The notes beneath the pieces are model-generated. The model saw only the letters and a list, made by a program, of their open reading frames with translations, made no database searches and had not been told where the DNA came from. The position numbers and the translations under genes were made by a program. From the NCBI GenBank assembly GCA_964342655.1, contig CAYFFZ010000003.1, positions 1 to 34,194 on the forward strand: a stretch of DNA of 34,194 nt. Direction: 5' to 3'. Below, in pieces: positions 1 to 8,377 of the stretch (position 1 is the stretch's first letter; every line of letters begins with the position of its first letter). This DNA comes from an uncultured Nitrososphaerales archaeon (lineage in GTDB: Archaea; Thermoproteota; Nitrososphaeria; Conexivisphaerales; UBA164).

Positions 1-235
1 GTATATTCATAGAAAATAAATTTAAAATAATTTATGATGCTTAAATCTCAGCAAGATTTCAAACAATTTGAAAGTTATGAAGATAATGCGTTCAAAAGTT
101 TAATTTTTAAATTAATGCTGTATATTTGTATAATTTTTTTATAATATACGTATGTGTAATCATTTTTTATTATTTTTTAAGAACATTTGTTAATAGAAAT
201 GTGTTTATTTTCTTAAATTTTAAAATAATTTAAAG

Positions 236-709
236 ATGAACAAGATCAACGGTAATTTTAATTCAGGTCCTGAAAATATTGTAGGAACCATCATAAAACC
301 TAGAATAACTTCTGTCTGTGCTTATATTCTGTCTTATCTAGCAATAGTCGGATTTGCATTTTTCATTCTCTTGGCTATCATACCTTATATAGCTATCTTG
401 ATTTACCCTTATGTGTTCATAATTGGTGTGCCATATTTAGCTTTGGGTATTCTGTGTTTTTTTGTTTGTTGTAATGAGAGATATGTACTTACAGAAGATT
501 CTCTATATATATTTAACAGATTAAAAATTAAAAAAGTGAGAATACCAAAAGAAGATATTGCGGCTGTAAATATCAAGTATCCTTCTTTTTGTGACTGCTT
601 TGGAATAGGCGATGTCCTAATAAAGACCAAATCGGGCACGAGCTATAAAATAAGGTATGTTAAAAATCCGGCCTCCGTAGCAGAGCTCATAAAAACATTT
701 AATGCTTAA
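236..709 (+). CDS. Membrane protein with bacterial PH-like (bPH_2/YdbS-like) domain
   Basis: Two N-terminal hydrophobic helices, then Y-x-LT, I-x-x-V and FGIGDVLIKT..I.YV.NP motifs typical of bPH_2 proteins; AT-rich. Confidence 0.6.
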   Translation: MNKINGNFNSGPENIVGTIIKPRITSVCAYILSYLAIVGFAFFILLAIIPYIAILIYPYVFIIGVPYLALGILCFFVCCNERYVLTEDSLYIFNRLKIKKVRIPKEDIAAVNIKYPSFCDCFGIGDVLIKTKSGTSYKIRYVKNPASVAELIKTFNA

Positions 710-892
710 CAATTTTTTTGATCAAAATAAAACTACGCTCAATACACTAGCAAACGACGGCTCAGTAAATAATCGATTTTGCTTTTATAAACATAAAACG
801 AAGCGCAATAACAGATATTTGTGTTAAAATGTTTATACCTGTACACACGTGTTTAATAATTTCTTTTTTTAATTTTATATTGGTGATGAAAA

Positions 893-1303
893 ATGGTTAA
901 AAAGATGTGTGTTTCCGTGTTTTCGGGCAGCGTTGACAGGCTTACCGGATTAGCAATGCTTGTAAGCGGCGCTGCCGCGATGGGTATGAAGGTTGAACTT
1001 TTTCTTCAATTGTGGGGGGCTTATGCATTTAAAAAAGATGTGATAGGCAAGAACATGAACTTTAGCGAGTTCCAAGATAAAGCTCCGGAGGTTGCAAAAA
1101 GGTTGCAGGAGCTAAAGCTTCCGTCTTGGTTTGAGCTAATAAAAGAAGCAAAAAAAGTAGGAGATGTAAAGATATACCTTTGCTCTACAGCAGCGGCAAT
1201 ATGGAACGTTAAGAAAGAAGATCTTGAACTTGTGGATGATATAATTGGGGCAGGAGAATGGGCCGAGAAGAGTGCTGAAGCAGACATCACGCTCTTTGTT
1301 TAG
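893..1303 (+). CDS. dsrE: DsrE/DsrF/DrsH-like (DsrE2-type) sulfur relay protein
   Basis: SG..D..A...SGAAAMG..V.LF...WG and C-terminal VKIYLC with conserved Cys, ending ADITLFV; GGTGA Shine-Dalgarno upstream. Confidence 0.85.
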   Translation: MVKKMCVSVFSGSVDRLTGLAMLVSGAAAMGMKVELFLQLWGAYAFKKDVIGKNMNFSEFQDKAPEVAKRLQELKLPSWFELIKEAKKVGDVKIYLCSTAAAIWNVKKEDLELVDDIIGAGEWAEKSAEADITLFV

Positions 1304-1312
1304 TGATGGAAA

Positions 1313-1576
1313 ATGAGCGAACTTCCAGTTGAAGAGTTAAAAAAACTAAAAGTTAACAAGACTGTAGATGCGAGGGGCACATCGTGTCCCGGACCGCTTC
1401 TGGCGGCTAAAGCCGCAATTTCAGAAGTACCGGTTGGAGGGATACTTGAAGTTCTATCCTCTGATCCAGGTACAAAGAGAGACCTGCCGCTGTGGGCTAA
1501 AAAGATGGGGCATGTTTACCTAGGGACTTTGGAAGAACCCGGCTACTGGAGAATATTTGTAAAGAGGATGAAGTAG
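1313..1576 (+). CDS. tusA: Sulfur carrier protein TusA/SirA family
   Basis: DARGTSCPGP (CPxP) motif, LEVLSSDP..RDLP.W...GH; 87 aa. Confidence 0.93.
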   Translation: MSELPVEELKKLKVNKTVDARGTSCPGPLLAAKAAISEVPVGGILEVLSSDPGTKRDLPLWAKKMGHVYLGTLEEPGYWRIFVKRMK

Positions 1577-1986
1577 TGGAAATGCCAGAACTTCAGGTTC
1601 TGGTGTTTTCCACAAACCTGATTTCTGATGTGGGCATCGATTCAGCAGGGCTTATGCACTTCCCATATCCAGCAAATACCACAATTATAAGGTTACCTTG
1701 CTCATCTATGCTTAGACCCGAATGGGTTCTTCTGGCCATTAAGAGCGGCTTTGACGGCGTGTTCGTAGCAGCAGATGGCAGCGATTGTCCGTATCTAAAG
1801 GATTGTACCGAAAGGACCGCAAGGAGGGTGGATATGGCTCAAAATATCTTAAGAGAAAATGGTATAGAGCCGGAAAGGGTTAAGATGGCCGCTATATGCT
1901 CTGTCTGTGCTGAACCTTTTGCCAACCTTATAAAGGATTTTATCAGCAGCTTAGAAAAAATAGGGCCCGCGAGGAGAGGTAAATGA
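1576..1986 (+). CDS. mvhD: MvhD/FlpD-like iron-sulfur subunit with atypical Cys pattern
   Basis: D.AG...YP....IR.PCS, GFDGVFV, DCPY and GIEPERV motifs; GTG start overlaps the tusA stop. Confidence 0.85.
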   Translation: MEMPELQVLVFSTNLISDVGIDSAGLMHFPYPANTTIIRLPCSSMLRPEWVLLAIKSGFDGVFVAADGSDCPYLKDCTERTARRVDMAQNILRENGIEPERVKMAAICSVCAEPFANLIKDFISSLEKIGPARRGK

Positions 1987-3335
1987 ATTCTGTGTTTTCA
2001 AAAATTATCGAGCAGGCAGAAGAAGAGCCTGAAGAAAAGGAGTTTGACGTTGCGGTAATAGGAGCTGGAATAGCGGGCATGGAAGCTTCATTGGACCTTG
2101 CTGACATGGGTTATTCTGTGCTCCTTGTTGAAAGAGAACCTACTATAGGAGGAAAGATGTTTCTCCTCAGTAAGGTTTTTCCTACGCTTGATTGTGCAAG
2201 CTGCATCTCGACGCCAAAAATGGCCGCTGTTGCTCACCACCCGAAAATATCTCTTTGGACTTATAGCGAAGTATTAAAGATAAAGCAGCTCCATGAAAAA
2301 GGATACGAACTCAGGGTGATGAAAAAACCGAGGTTTGTAGATGAAGCTGCCTGCACTGGATGCTACACATGTGAAGAAGTGTGTCCGATAGATGTGCCAA
2401 AGGAGCTTGACTTTAACTTGAGGGCAAGGAGGGCAGCATACATACCTTTTGACACAGCTGTTCCCAAGGTCGCTGTAATAGACATAGATAACTGCATATT
2501 CTGTGGAAAATGCGAAAGGGAATGCCCGGTCAACGCTATAAACTTTCTCCAGAAGCCAAAAATTTATAGAATAAAAGTAAAATCTATAATACTAGCAACT
2601 GGCTATAACCTTTTCCAGGCAGAAAAGAAGGAGCAGTACGGCTTCGGGAAAATACCGAACGTCATAACATCTATGCAGATGGAGAGGTTGCTTTCTCCGA
2701 CAAGACCTTTTAATCACGTGCTGAGACCTATGGACGGAAAGGAACCGGGAAGCATAGGATATGTTCTCTGTACAGGATCAAGAGATAAAACTGTGGGCAA
2801 CCCGCTCTGCTCTCAGGTTTGTTGCATGTATTCGATGAAACAGGCACAGCTCATACTGGGCGCTCTTCCGCTGGCGGACGTGACGATATACTACATGGAC
2901 ATTAGGGCCTATGGAAAGGGGTTTGAAGAGTTCTACAATCAGGCGCAGGCCATGGGTGTAAAGTTCGTGCATGGAAGGATTGCAAAAGTTGAAAAGGGAG
3001 AAGGTGGGTCTGTCAGGGTTAAATATGAAAACATAGATGAAGGTGGAAAGTTAGAAACCTCAGAGCATGACCTCCTGGTGCTTTCTGTGGGGCTGCTCCC
3101 CAACTGTGAGATAGCAAAGACGTTTGAAGGGGTTTCTTTGTCTCTTGATGAGTTCGGATGGTTGCTGACCCCCGATCCTACAAATCCAGTAAAGACAAAC
3201 CTTGAAGGCGTTTTTGCTGCAGGGTGTTCAACTGGACCAAAAGATATCCCCGATACTGTTGTGCAGGCCGCATCAGCTGCCGCAGAATGCGCGGCCTATC
3301 TTAACAAGGTGAGGGTAGTTGCAGAAGAGCGATAA
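1983..3335 (+). CDS. hdrA: Short HdrA-like (QmoA-sized) FAD/Fe-S subunit
   Basis: GAGIAG FAD motif, KVFPTLDCASC, inserted 2x[4Fe-4S] (CTGCYTCEEVCP, CIFCGKCERECP), CTGSRD..CSQVCC, YMDIRAYGKGFEEFY, GPKDIPDTV. Lacks the N-terminal CHCG domain and the C-terminal ferredoxin. Confidence 0.92.
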   Translation: MNSVFSKIIEQAEEEPEEKEFDVAVIGAGIAGMEASLDLADMGYSVLLVEREPTIGGKMFLLSKVFPTLDCASCISTPKMAAVAHHPKISLWTYSEVLKIKQLHEKGYELRVMKKPRFVDEAACTGCYTCEEVCPIDVPKELDFNLRARRAAYIPFDTAVPKVAVIDIDNCIFCGKCERECPVNAINFLQKPKIYRIKVKSIILATGYNLFQAEKKEQYGFGKIPNVITSMQMERLLSPTRPFNHVLRPMDGKEPGSIGYVLCTGSRDKTVGNPLCSQVCCMYSMKQAQLILGALPLADVTIYYMDIRAYGKGFEEFYNQAQAMGVKFVHGRIAKVEKGEGGSVRVKYENIDEGGKLETSEHDLLVLSVGLLPNCEIAKTFEGVSLSLDEFGWLLTPDPTNPVKTNLEGVFAAGCSTGPKDIPDTVVQAASAAAECAAYLNKVRVVAEER

Positions 3336-5244
3336 GAAGATAGGGGTCTACGTTTGCCACTGCGGAGGGAACATAGCTGATGTGGTTGATGTAAAGAAGG
3401 TAGCAGACGAAGCTGCAAGGATCGATGGCGTTGTAGTATCGCGCGATTATATGTTTATGTGTTCTGAAGCCGGACAGAAGATGATCGAGGAGGACGTTAA
3501 AAATCTTAAGCTTGACGCTGTAGTTGTTGCAGCATGTTCGCCAAAGCTGCACGAATCAACGTTTAGAAATGTGCTGAAAAGAGCTGGAGGTAACCCTTAC
3601 ATGTACTATCATGCTAACATAAGGGAACAGGTTTCATGGGTTCACGAGCATGAAAAAGATAAGGCGACAGAAAAGGCGATAAGGGAGGTAAAGGCCGCCG
3701 TTGCCTACGTTTCAATGGCTGAACCCCTTGAAAAGATAACGGTTAAGGCAGAAAAATCGGTGCTGATAATCGGAGGGGGCATAGCAGGAATAAGGGCTGC
3801 AATAGATATAGCCGATATGGGGATGAACGCCTTCTTGGTCGAAAAGCAACCTTTTCTTGGCGGCATGACTGCTCAATTTAAGCAAGATATTTTTCCCTAC
3901 AACAAGGACTCTTTAACCCTCGTTAGAGACCTGATAGCAGAGCTTAAGAAGAGGCAGAACATAGCTGTTTTTACAAACGCTGAGCTTGAAGAGCTTACTG
4001 GTTATATAGGAAACTTCAGAGCAAAAATAAGGGTCAAACCAAGGTATTTTAAAGAAAGCTGCAATGGTGCTGATCTATTATCGGTTTGCCCCAAGAAAGT
4101 TAAAGACGGCGAAACATCAGAAGAGAGATCGGCCATCATGATGCCTCCTTTTGAAGGAGCTTATCCAGAAATTCCAGCCATAGATGCAAATATTTGCGAT
4201 TTTTGTGGGGAATGTGCCAGAGCTTGTAGCGCTGTAGACCTTTCGCAGAAAGAAGAAATTATTGAAATGAATGTTGGAGCCGTCATAATAGCGACGGGCT
4301 TTGAAACTTATAAACCAAAGGAAGGGGAATATGGTTACGGTAAGGAAGGCGTAATTACGCTTTCGATTCTAGCAAGAGTTTTGGGGAAAAAGGGCTACGT
4401 TGCATTGGATGGCAAAAGGGCCGAAAGCATAGCCATGATATACTGCGTTGGAAGCAGGCAGCAGGATGGAAACCAATACTGCTCAAGATACTGTTGCAAT
4501 GCCGCTTTGGAAGCAGCGATCTCGGCACAGAAATCTGGTACAAGGGTTTATCATATATTCAGGGACGTGCGATCCTATGGAAAGAACGAACTTCTGTATG
4601 AAAGGGCTTCAGCAGGCGGTTCAGTGTTTCTAAAGTACAGTCCAGAGTCTCCTCCTGTGGTTACCCATAAAGATGACAAGCTTACTGTTAAGGTTAAGGA
4701 TCTTCTTACTGAAGGAAAAGAGGTTGAGCTTTCAGTTGATGCGGTTGTGCTCGTGACGGGCATGGTTCCCCGAGAAAACGAAAAGCTCAACAGTATAATA
4801 AAGATCTCTGTAGGAAAAGACGGCTTTTACCAAGAAGTTCATCCAAAACTTAAACCTGTTGAGACAATGATTCCAGGAATTTTTATATGCGGAACAGCTC
4901 AGGGGCCTAAAATGGCAGTTGAGAGCATTTCTTCAGCTTCAGCTGCTGCGGCAAAAGCTGCATCCCTTATACTCAAAGGATACACTGAACTTGAACCTTA
5001 TGTAGCGACAGTTGATCCTTCACTATGCACTTTGAGCGAGGAGTGTATCAAAGAATGTCCCTATAACGCAATATACGTGTATGAATACGAGGGTTCTGGT
5101 AAAAAGGCAAAGGTAAATGAAGCTTTATGCAAGGGTTGTGGAGCTTGTGTGGCTGTATGTCCCAATGGAGCAATTCAGCTAAAAGGGTTGAAAAACGATC
5201 AGATAGAAAGAATGATAGTAAGCGCTGGTGGTGTTAATGGCTAA
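3319..5244 (+). CDS. hdrA: Full-length HdrA-like FAD/Fe-S subunit
   Basis: IGVYVCHCGGNI, FMCS, AACSP, NIREQ, GGGIAG, CVGSR..CSRYCC, C-terminal ferredoxin (CKGCGACVAVCP); TTG start after GGTGA. Confidence 0.92.
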   Translation: MQKSDKKIGVYVCHCGGNIADVVDVKKVADEAARIDGVVVSRDYMFMCSEAGQKMIEEDVKNLKLDAVVVAACSPKLHESTFRNVLKRAGGNPYMYYHANIREQVSWVHEHEKDKATEKAIREVKAAVAYVSMAEPLEKITVKAEKSVLIIGGGIAGIRAAIDIADMGMNAFLVEKQPFLGGMTAQFKQDIFPYNKDSLTLVRDLIAELKKRQNIAVFTNAELEELTGYIGNFRAKIRVKPRYFKESCNGADLLSVCPKKVKDGETSEERSAIMMPPFEGAYPEIPAIDANICDFCGECARACSAVDLSQKEEIIEMNVGAVIIATGFETYKPKEGEYGYGKEGVITLSILARVLGKKGYVALDGKRAESIAMIYCVGSRQQDGNQYCSRYCCNAALEAAISAQKSGTRVYHIFRDVRSYGKNELLYERASAGGSVFLKYSPESPPVVTHKDDKLTVKVKDLLTEGKEVELSVDAVVLVTGMVPRENEKLNSIIKISVGKDGFYQEVHPKLKPVETMIPGIFICGTAQGPKMAVESISSASAAAAKAASLILKGYTELEPYVATVDPSLCTLSEECIKECPYNAIYVYEYEGSGKKAKVNEALCKGCGACVAVCPNGAIQLKGLKNDQIERMIVSAGGVNG

Positions 5245-5509
5245 GTTAACCGCCCAGCAGCTCAGGGACATGATGAACATAAAGGTAAGCGAAAGGCTTG
5301 CTGAAATATCAAGAGAACAGGCTATCACAAGGACAAAAATAATAAATGCTTTATCGAACAAACCAAAAACTATACCCGAGATTTCTGAAGAGACAGGAAT
5401 GCCGGTTGAAAAGGTAACATGGAACGTCATGACGCTTTACAGGTACGGTGTCGTTGAACCTGTGGAAAAAACAGATGACGGTTATTATAGGTATAGGGTG
5501 AGGAAATGA
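5237..5509 (+). CDS. Small winged helix-turn-helix protein
   Basis: KIINAL..PKTIPEISEETGMPVEKV..V..L..YGVV plus a beta-wing. ATG 5237 preferred over 5228; overlaps both neighbours. Confidence 0.75.
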   Translation: MAKLTAQQLRDMMNIKVSERLAEISREQAITRTKIINALSNKPKTIPEISEETGMPVEKVTWNVMTLYRYGVVEPVEKTDDGYYRYRVRK

Positions 5510-6534
5510 TGCTTATAGATGAAATCAAAAAGATGGGGGCATTTGATGTTAATGCTTGCTTTAGCTGTGGGGTCTGCACCGCAACATGCCCGCTTTCAGA
5601 AAACGGTGATGAATTTCCAAGAAAGGTCATAAGGTACGCCATGGTGGGGCTTGAAAATGAGCTTCTGGGCTCTCCGCAGCTCTGGGAATGCTACTACTGT
5701 GGAGAATGCACGAAGAGCTGTCCGAGACAAGCTGATCCTGGAGGGTTCATGATGGCAGCAAGGAAGTATGCGATAACCAAATATTCTTTAGGAAAAATAG
5801 GAAAGGCTTTTTATAACAAAATAACGGCCCCAATCATCTATGCCATACTTTCAGCTTTTTCATTGATCGGAATATTCTTGATTTCTGGCGACCCGACAGC
5901 GAGCATGATATTTACAGTACCTGAGGACTATATACACCTAGCAGGCCTTGTTCTTGGAGCGTTTGTGCTTATAATCGCTCTTACAAACATACTTATAATG
6001 TACAGATACATATCTGGCAAAAGAAGGTTTTCAAAGAGTGTAAGGGTCTGGATAGCGTCGCTGGTCGGCGTGATAGTAAAGGAAGTAATAGCTCAAAAAA
6101 GATTTTCAAAATGTTCTGACCGTGTGAGGAGATATGCTCACATCTCTTTAGTGTGGGGCTTTATACTTCTCATGATAGCAACATCAATAGACTACATAAC
6201 AGGTTCAAGACCTTTGGAAGGAATGCTGTTCGGGTTTACAGGAGGAGCCATGATAATATTTGGCTCAGGTTTCTTTATATATCAGAGGTTGAAGAGGAAA
6301 GAACTTTATTCTCTTCACAGCGATTTTATCGATTGGGCGTTCATCATTTTAATATTTCTCGCAGGGTGCACCGGGTTTGCTCTAGACTTTCTGACAGGAA
6401 TGGCTGCTGTAGCGATGATGTATGCGCACCTGACCATAGTCTTTGATCTTATTGTAACGGCGCCGTTTACAAAGTTTGCGCATGCAATTTACAGAACCCT
6501 TGCCTTATGGTTAAAAGAAGTTCAGATCAAATGA
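5506..6534 (+). CDS. QmoC-like subunit: HdrC-type 2x[4Fe-4S] domain fused to a membrane cytochrome b (NarI/HdrE-like) domain
   Basis: CFSCGVCTATCP and CYYCGECTKSCP, then about 6 TM helices with candidate heme His residues (YIHLAG, YAHISL.WGF, YAHL, PFTKFAHAIYR). Confidence 0.85.
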   Translation: MMLIDEIKKMGAFDVNACFSCGVCTATCPLSENGDEFPRKVIRYAMVGLENELLGSPQLWECYYCGECTKSCPRQADPGGFMMAARKYAITKYSLGKIGKAFYNKITAPIIYAILSAFSLIGIFLISGDPTASMIFTVPEDYIHLAGLVLGAFVLIIALTNILIMYRYISGKRRFSKSVRVWIASLVGVIVKEVIAQKRFSKCSDRVRRYAHISLVWGFILLMIATSIDYITGSRPLEGMLFGFTGGAMIIFGSGFFIYQRLKRKELYSLHSDFIDWAFIILIFLAGCTGFALDFLTGMAAVAMMYAHLTIVFDLIVTAPFTKFAHAIYRTLALWLKEVQIK

Positions 6535-6537
6535 GCT

Positions 6538-7116
6538 TCATAAAGGATAAACTCTTACTTCCATACCGATTATTCCTTTAGACATTTCACATCTGCATAC
6601 CTGAAGCTTTCCATAACTTGTTATCAATCCCTCTATCATTTTGTTGAATACATCTGTAGCTTCTACAGAATTACCCGCACCTACTATCTTCATTACGTAG
6701 CCGTTATCAGACTCAGAAACATCAATCCTTTTTATAGGTAAAACCCTTTCTATCACATCTGAATATTTCTTTATAAGGTCTATAAAATCAGGATAAAGTA
6801 TAGAGAGAGAACGTCCGATAGCCTCCCCGTATTCTTTTGCCTTGTCAAGGAGCTCTCTTTTGTTTGTTTTATAAAGCGTACTGATCATCCATTCAAGAAA
6901 TTCGCCAGGAACTGGCCTGAAGTCTAGGTCTTTCATTACTGGAGAAAGTCTCCATAGATCAAAAACAAGCTCAGGGTTCCCCCCGCTCTTTGTTATCTGA
7001 AGGCACGTCTTTAGCATCTGATTTGCCAGGGCATACATGGTCTTACCTTCCCTTTCGGCCTCGTCTGCAAGCTCCCTTGCCAACACATCATCAACCGCTA
7101 TGTTTGTCCTTCCCAT
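6538..7116 (-). CDS. Putative transcription regulator: N-terminal ribbon-helix-helix plus a C-terminal V4R-like domain
   Basis: RTNIAVDD.LARELADEAEREGKTMYALAN fits the RHH strand-helix-helix pattern; YGEAIG..L and F.K.IEGLI..YG resemble V4R-like folds. Confidence 0.6.
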   Translation of the reverse strand: MGRTNIAVDDVLARELADEAEREGKTMYALANQMLKTCLQITKSGGNPELVFDLWRLSPVMKDLDFRPVPGEFLEWMISTLYKTNKRELLDKAKEYGEAIGRSLSILYPDFIDLIKKYSDVIERVLPIKRIDVSESDNGYVMKIVGAGNSVEATDVFNKMIEGLITSYGKLQVCRCEMSKGIIGMEVRVYPL

Positions 7117-7274
7117 CTTGTGTGTAGTTATGAGCAGATGTACATATAACTTTATTCAAAAAATTCAAATTTATGAATTTTTAGTTTTTTGCCACTTAAG
7201 CTGGGGTAGCTAATTCTGCAAGCCTTTTTGTGCATTCTCGCTAAATTTATCTATCGGTTTAGAGAATAAAATCT

Positions 7275-7664
7275 GTGGAAGAGTGGATCGCTAAAATAAA
7301 ATATATGATACCCAAACTCATCGAAGAACATAAAGAAATCCATGATCTTTTGCTTAAAAATACAGAAAATTATGCGACTGACAGACAATCCTTCGATGAG
7401 CTTGTAGAAAAACTTCAGAACCATATGTACAGTGAAGAAACTTGGATATTTCCGTTTATGATCGAAAAAGGAATATTCGATGAGAGGTCCGAAGAGATTG
7501 CGTCCCAGCACCAAGAAATAACTTCGATTCTTGTTTATCTTGAAAAGGCTGAAAAAGAAGATTTTTCAAAAAAGTACAGCGAGCTAGTAGGGCTTTTAAT
7601 AGAGCACCACAATGCTGAAGAAGAATACGTTTTTCCGCGTGTCCTAAATTCTATAGAAAAATAG
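7275..7664 (+). CDS. Hemerythrin/HHE cation-binding domain protein
   Basis: EEH..I, HMYSEE..FP, QH.EI, HHNAEEEYVFP. The true start may be ATG at 7305. Confidence 0.85.
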   Translation: MEEWIAKIKYMIPKLIEEHKEIHDLLLKNTENYATDRQSFDELVEKLQNHMYSEETWIFPFMIEKGIFDERSEEIASQHQEITSILVYLEKAEKEDFSKKYSELVGLLIEHHNAEEEYVFPRVLNSIEK

Positions 7665-7677
7665 ATAATCCTAATCC

Positions 7678-7705
7678 TTTTGCGAAATCGGCAAAAAGCT
7701 TTTTT
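7678..7705 (+). terminator. Possible terminator after the hemerythrin gene
   Basis: TTTTGC-N7-GCAAAA weak hairpin followed by a T-run. Confidence 0.3.
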
Positions 7706-7780
7706 AAAAAATTAAGAAAAAGGTCAGACAGCTATTTATATATTAATGTTATAGGAATATTTCTTAAGACAAGATAAAAA

Positions 7781-8287
7781 ATGAAGGTAATAAATATAAT
7801 TGGTGAAAGCGAAACCGGCAAAACCAGAACCATAGAGCTTATAGTTAAAAAGCTAACTGAAGAAGGCAAAAACGTAGGCACGGTGAAACATATTCATTCT
7901 GATGATTTTACTCTAGATATGAAAGGAAAAGACACATGGCGGCACTTAAATGCAGGCGCCTCGACTGTTGTAGCAATAACAGATAGTGAAATAATTACTA
8001 TAAAGAGATCAGAAACAAAGAACATCAAGTTTGACGATATTCTTAGAATCTTTCAGGATCAGAAAGATTACATAATTATAGAAGGATTTAAGGGGATGAG
8101 CTTCCCGGCCAATGTCAAAAGAGTGCTGTGTGCTTCAGAAATAGAGCAGATAGAAACGTTCATTAAAAATTTTGGAAAGCCAGATTGTATTGTAACTTAC
8201 AGCATTAAAGATTTAAAGGAAATAAACGGCATACCTGTTTTATTTATGCCTATAGAAGCCGAGAGATTATTTAAAATAATATTATAA
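7781..8287 (+). CDS. mobB: Molybdopterin-guanine dinucleotide biosynthesis protein B
   Basis: GESETGKT P-loop, VKHIH, D..GKDTWRH..AGA, IIIEGFK. Confidence 0.92.
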   Translation: MKVINIIGESETGKTRTIELIVKKLTEEGKNVGTVKHIHSDDFTLDMKGKDTWRHLNAGASTVVAITDSEIITIKRSETKNIKFDDILRIFQDQKDYIIIEGFKGMSFPANVKRVLCASEIEQIETFIKNFGKPDCIVTYSIKDLKEINGIPVLFMPIEAERLFKIIL

Positions 8288-8354
8288 AAAGTAATAGAAT
8301 TAAAATTTAACTCTAAGACGGCTAAACAAAAGTTGTTTTTGTCAATGTCTATCG

Positions 8355-8377
8355 GTTATCATAAATTATATGATAAC
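8355..8377. promoter_or_regulatory. Palindromic candidate operator GTTATCATA-N5-TATGATAAC
   Basis: Perfect 9-bp inverted repeat in the 303-bp mobB-mobA gap. Confidence 0.4.

Noticed and set aside
1-235. Extremely AT-rich leader as a replication origin or repeat array
   Set aside because: No ORB-like boxes, periodic repeats or adjacent cdc6 are visible, and the left context is missing.
710-892. SurR-type GTT-N3-AAC site upstream of dsrE
   Set aside because: Only near-matches (GTTTATACC) and an 8-bp ACACGTGT palindrome were seen, which is compatible with chance.
893-6534. Calling the operon methanogenic HdrABC or the sulfur-oxidiser sHdr system
   Set aside because: There is no HdrB/CCG-domain gene and no lipoate-binding protein gene, and the HdrC domain is fused to a cytochrome b.
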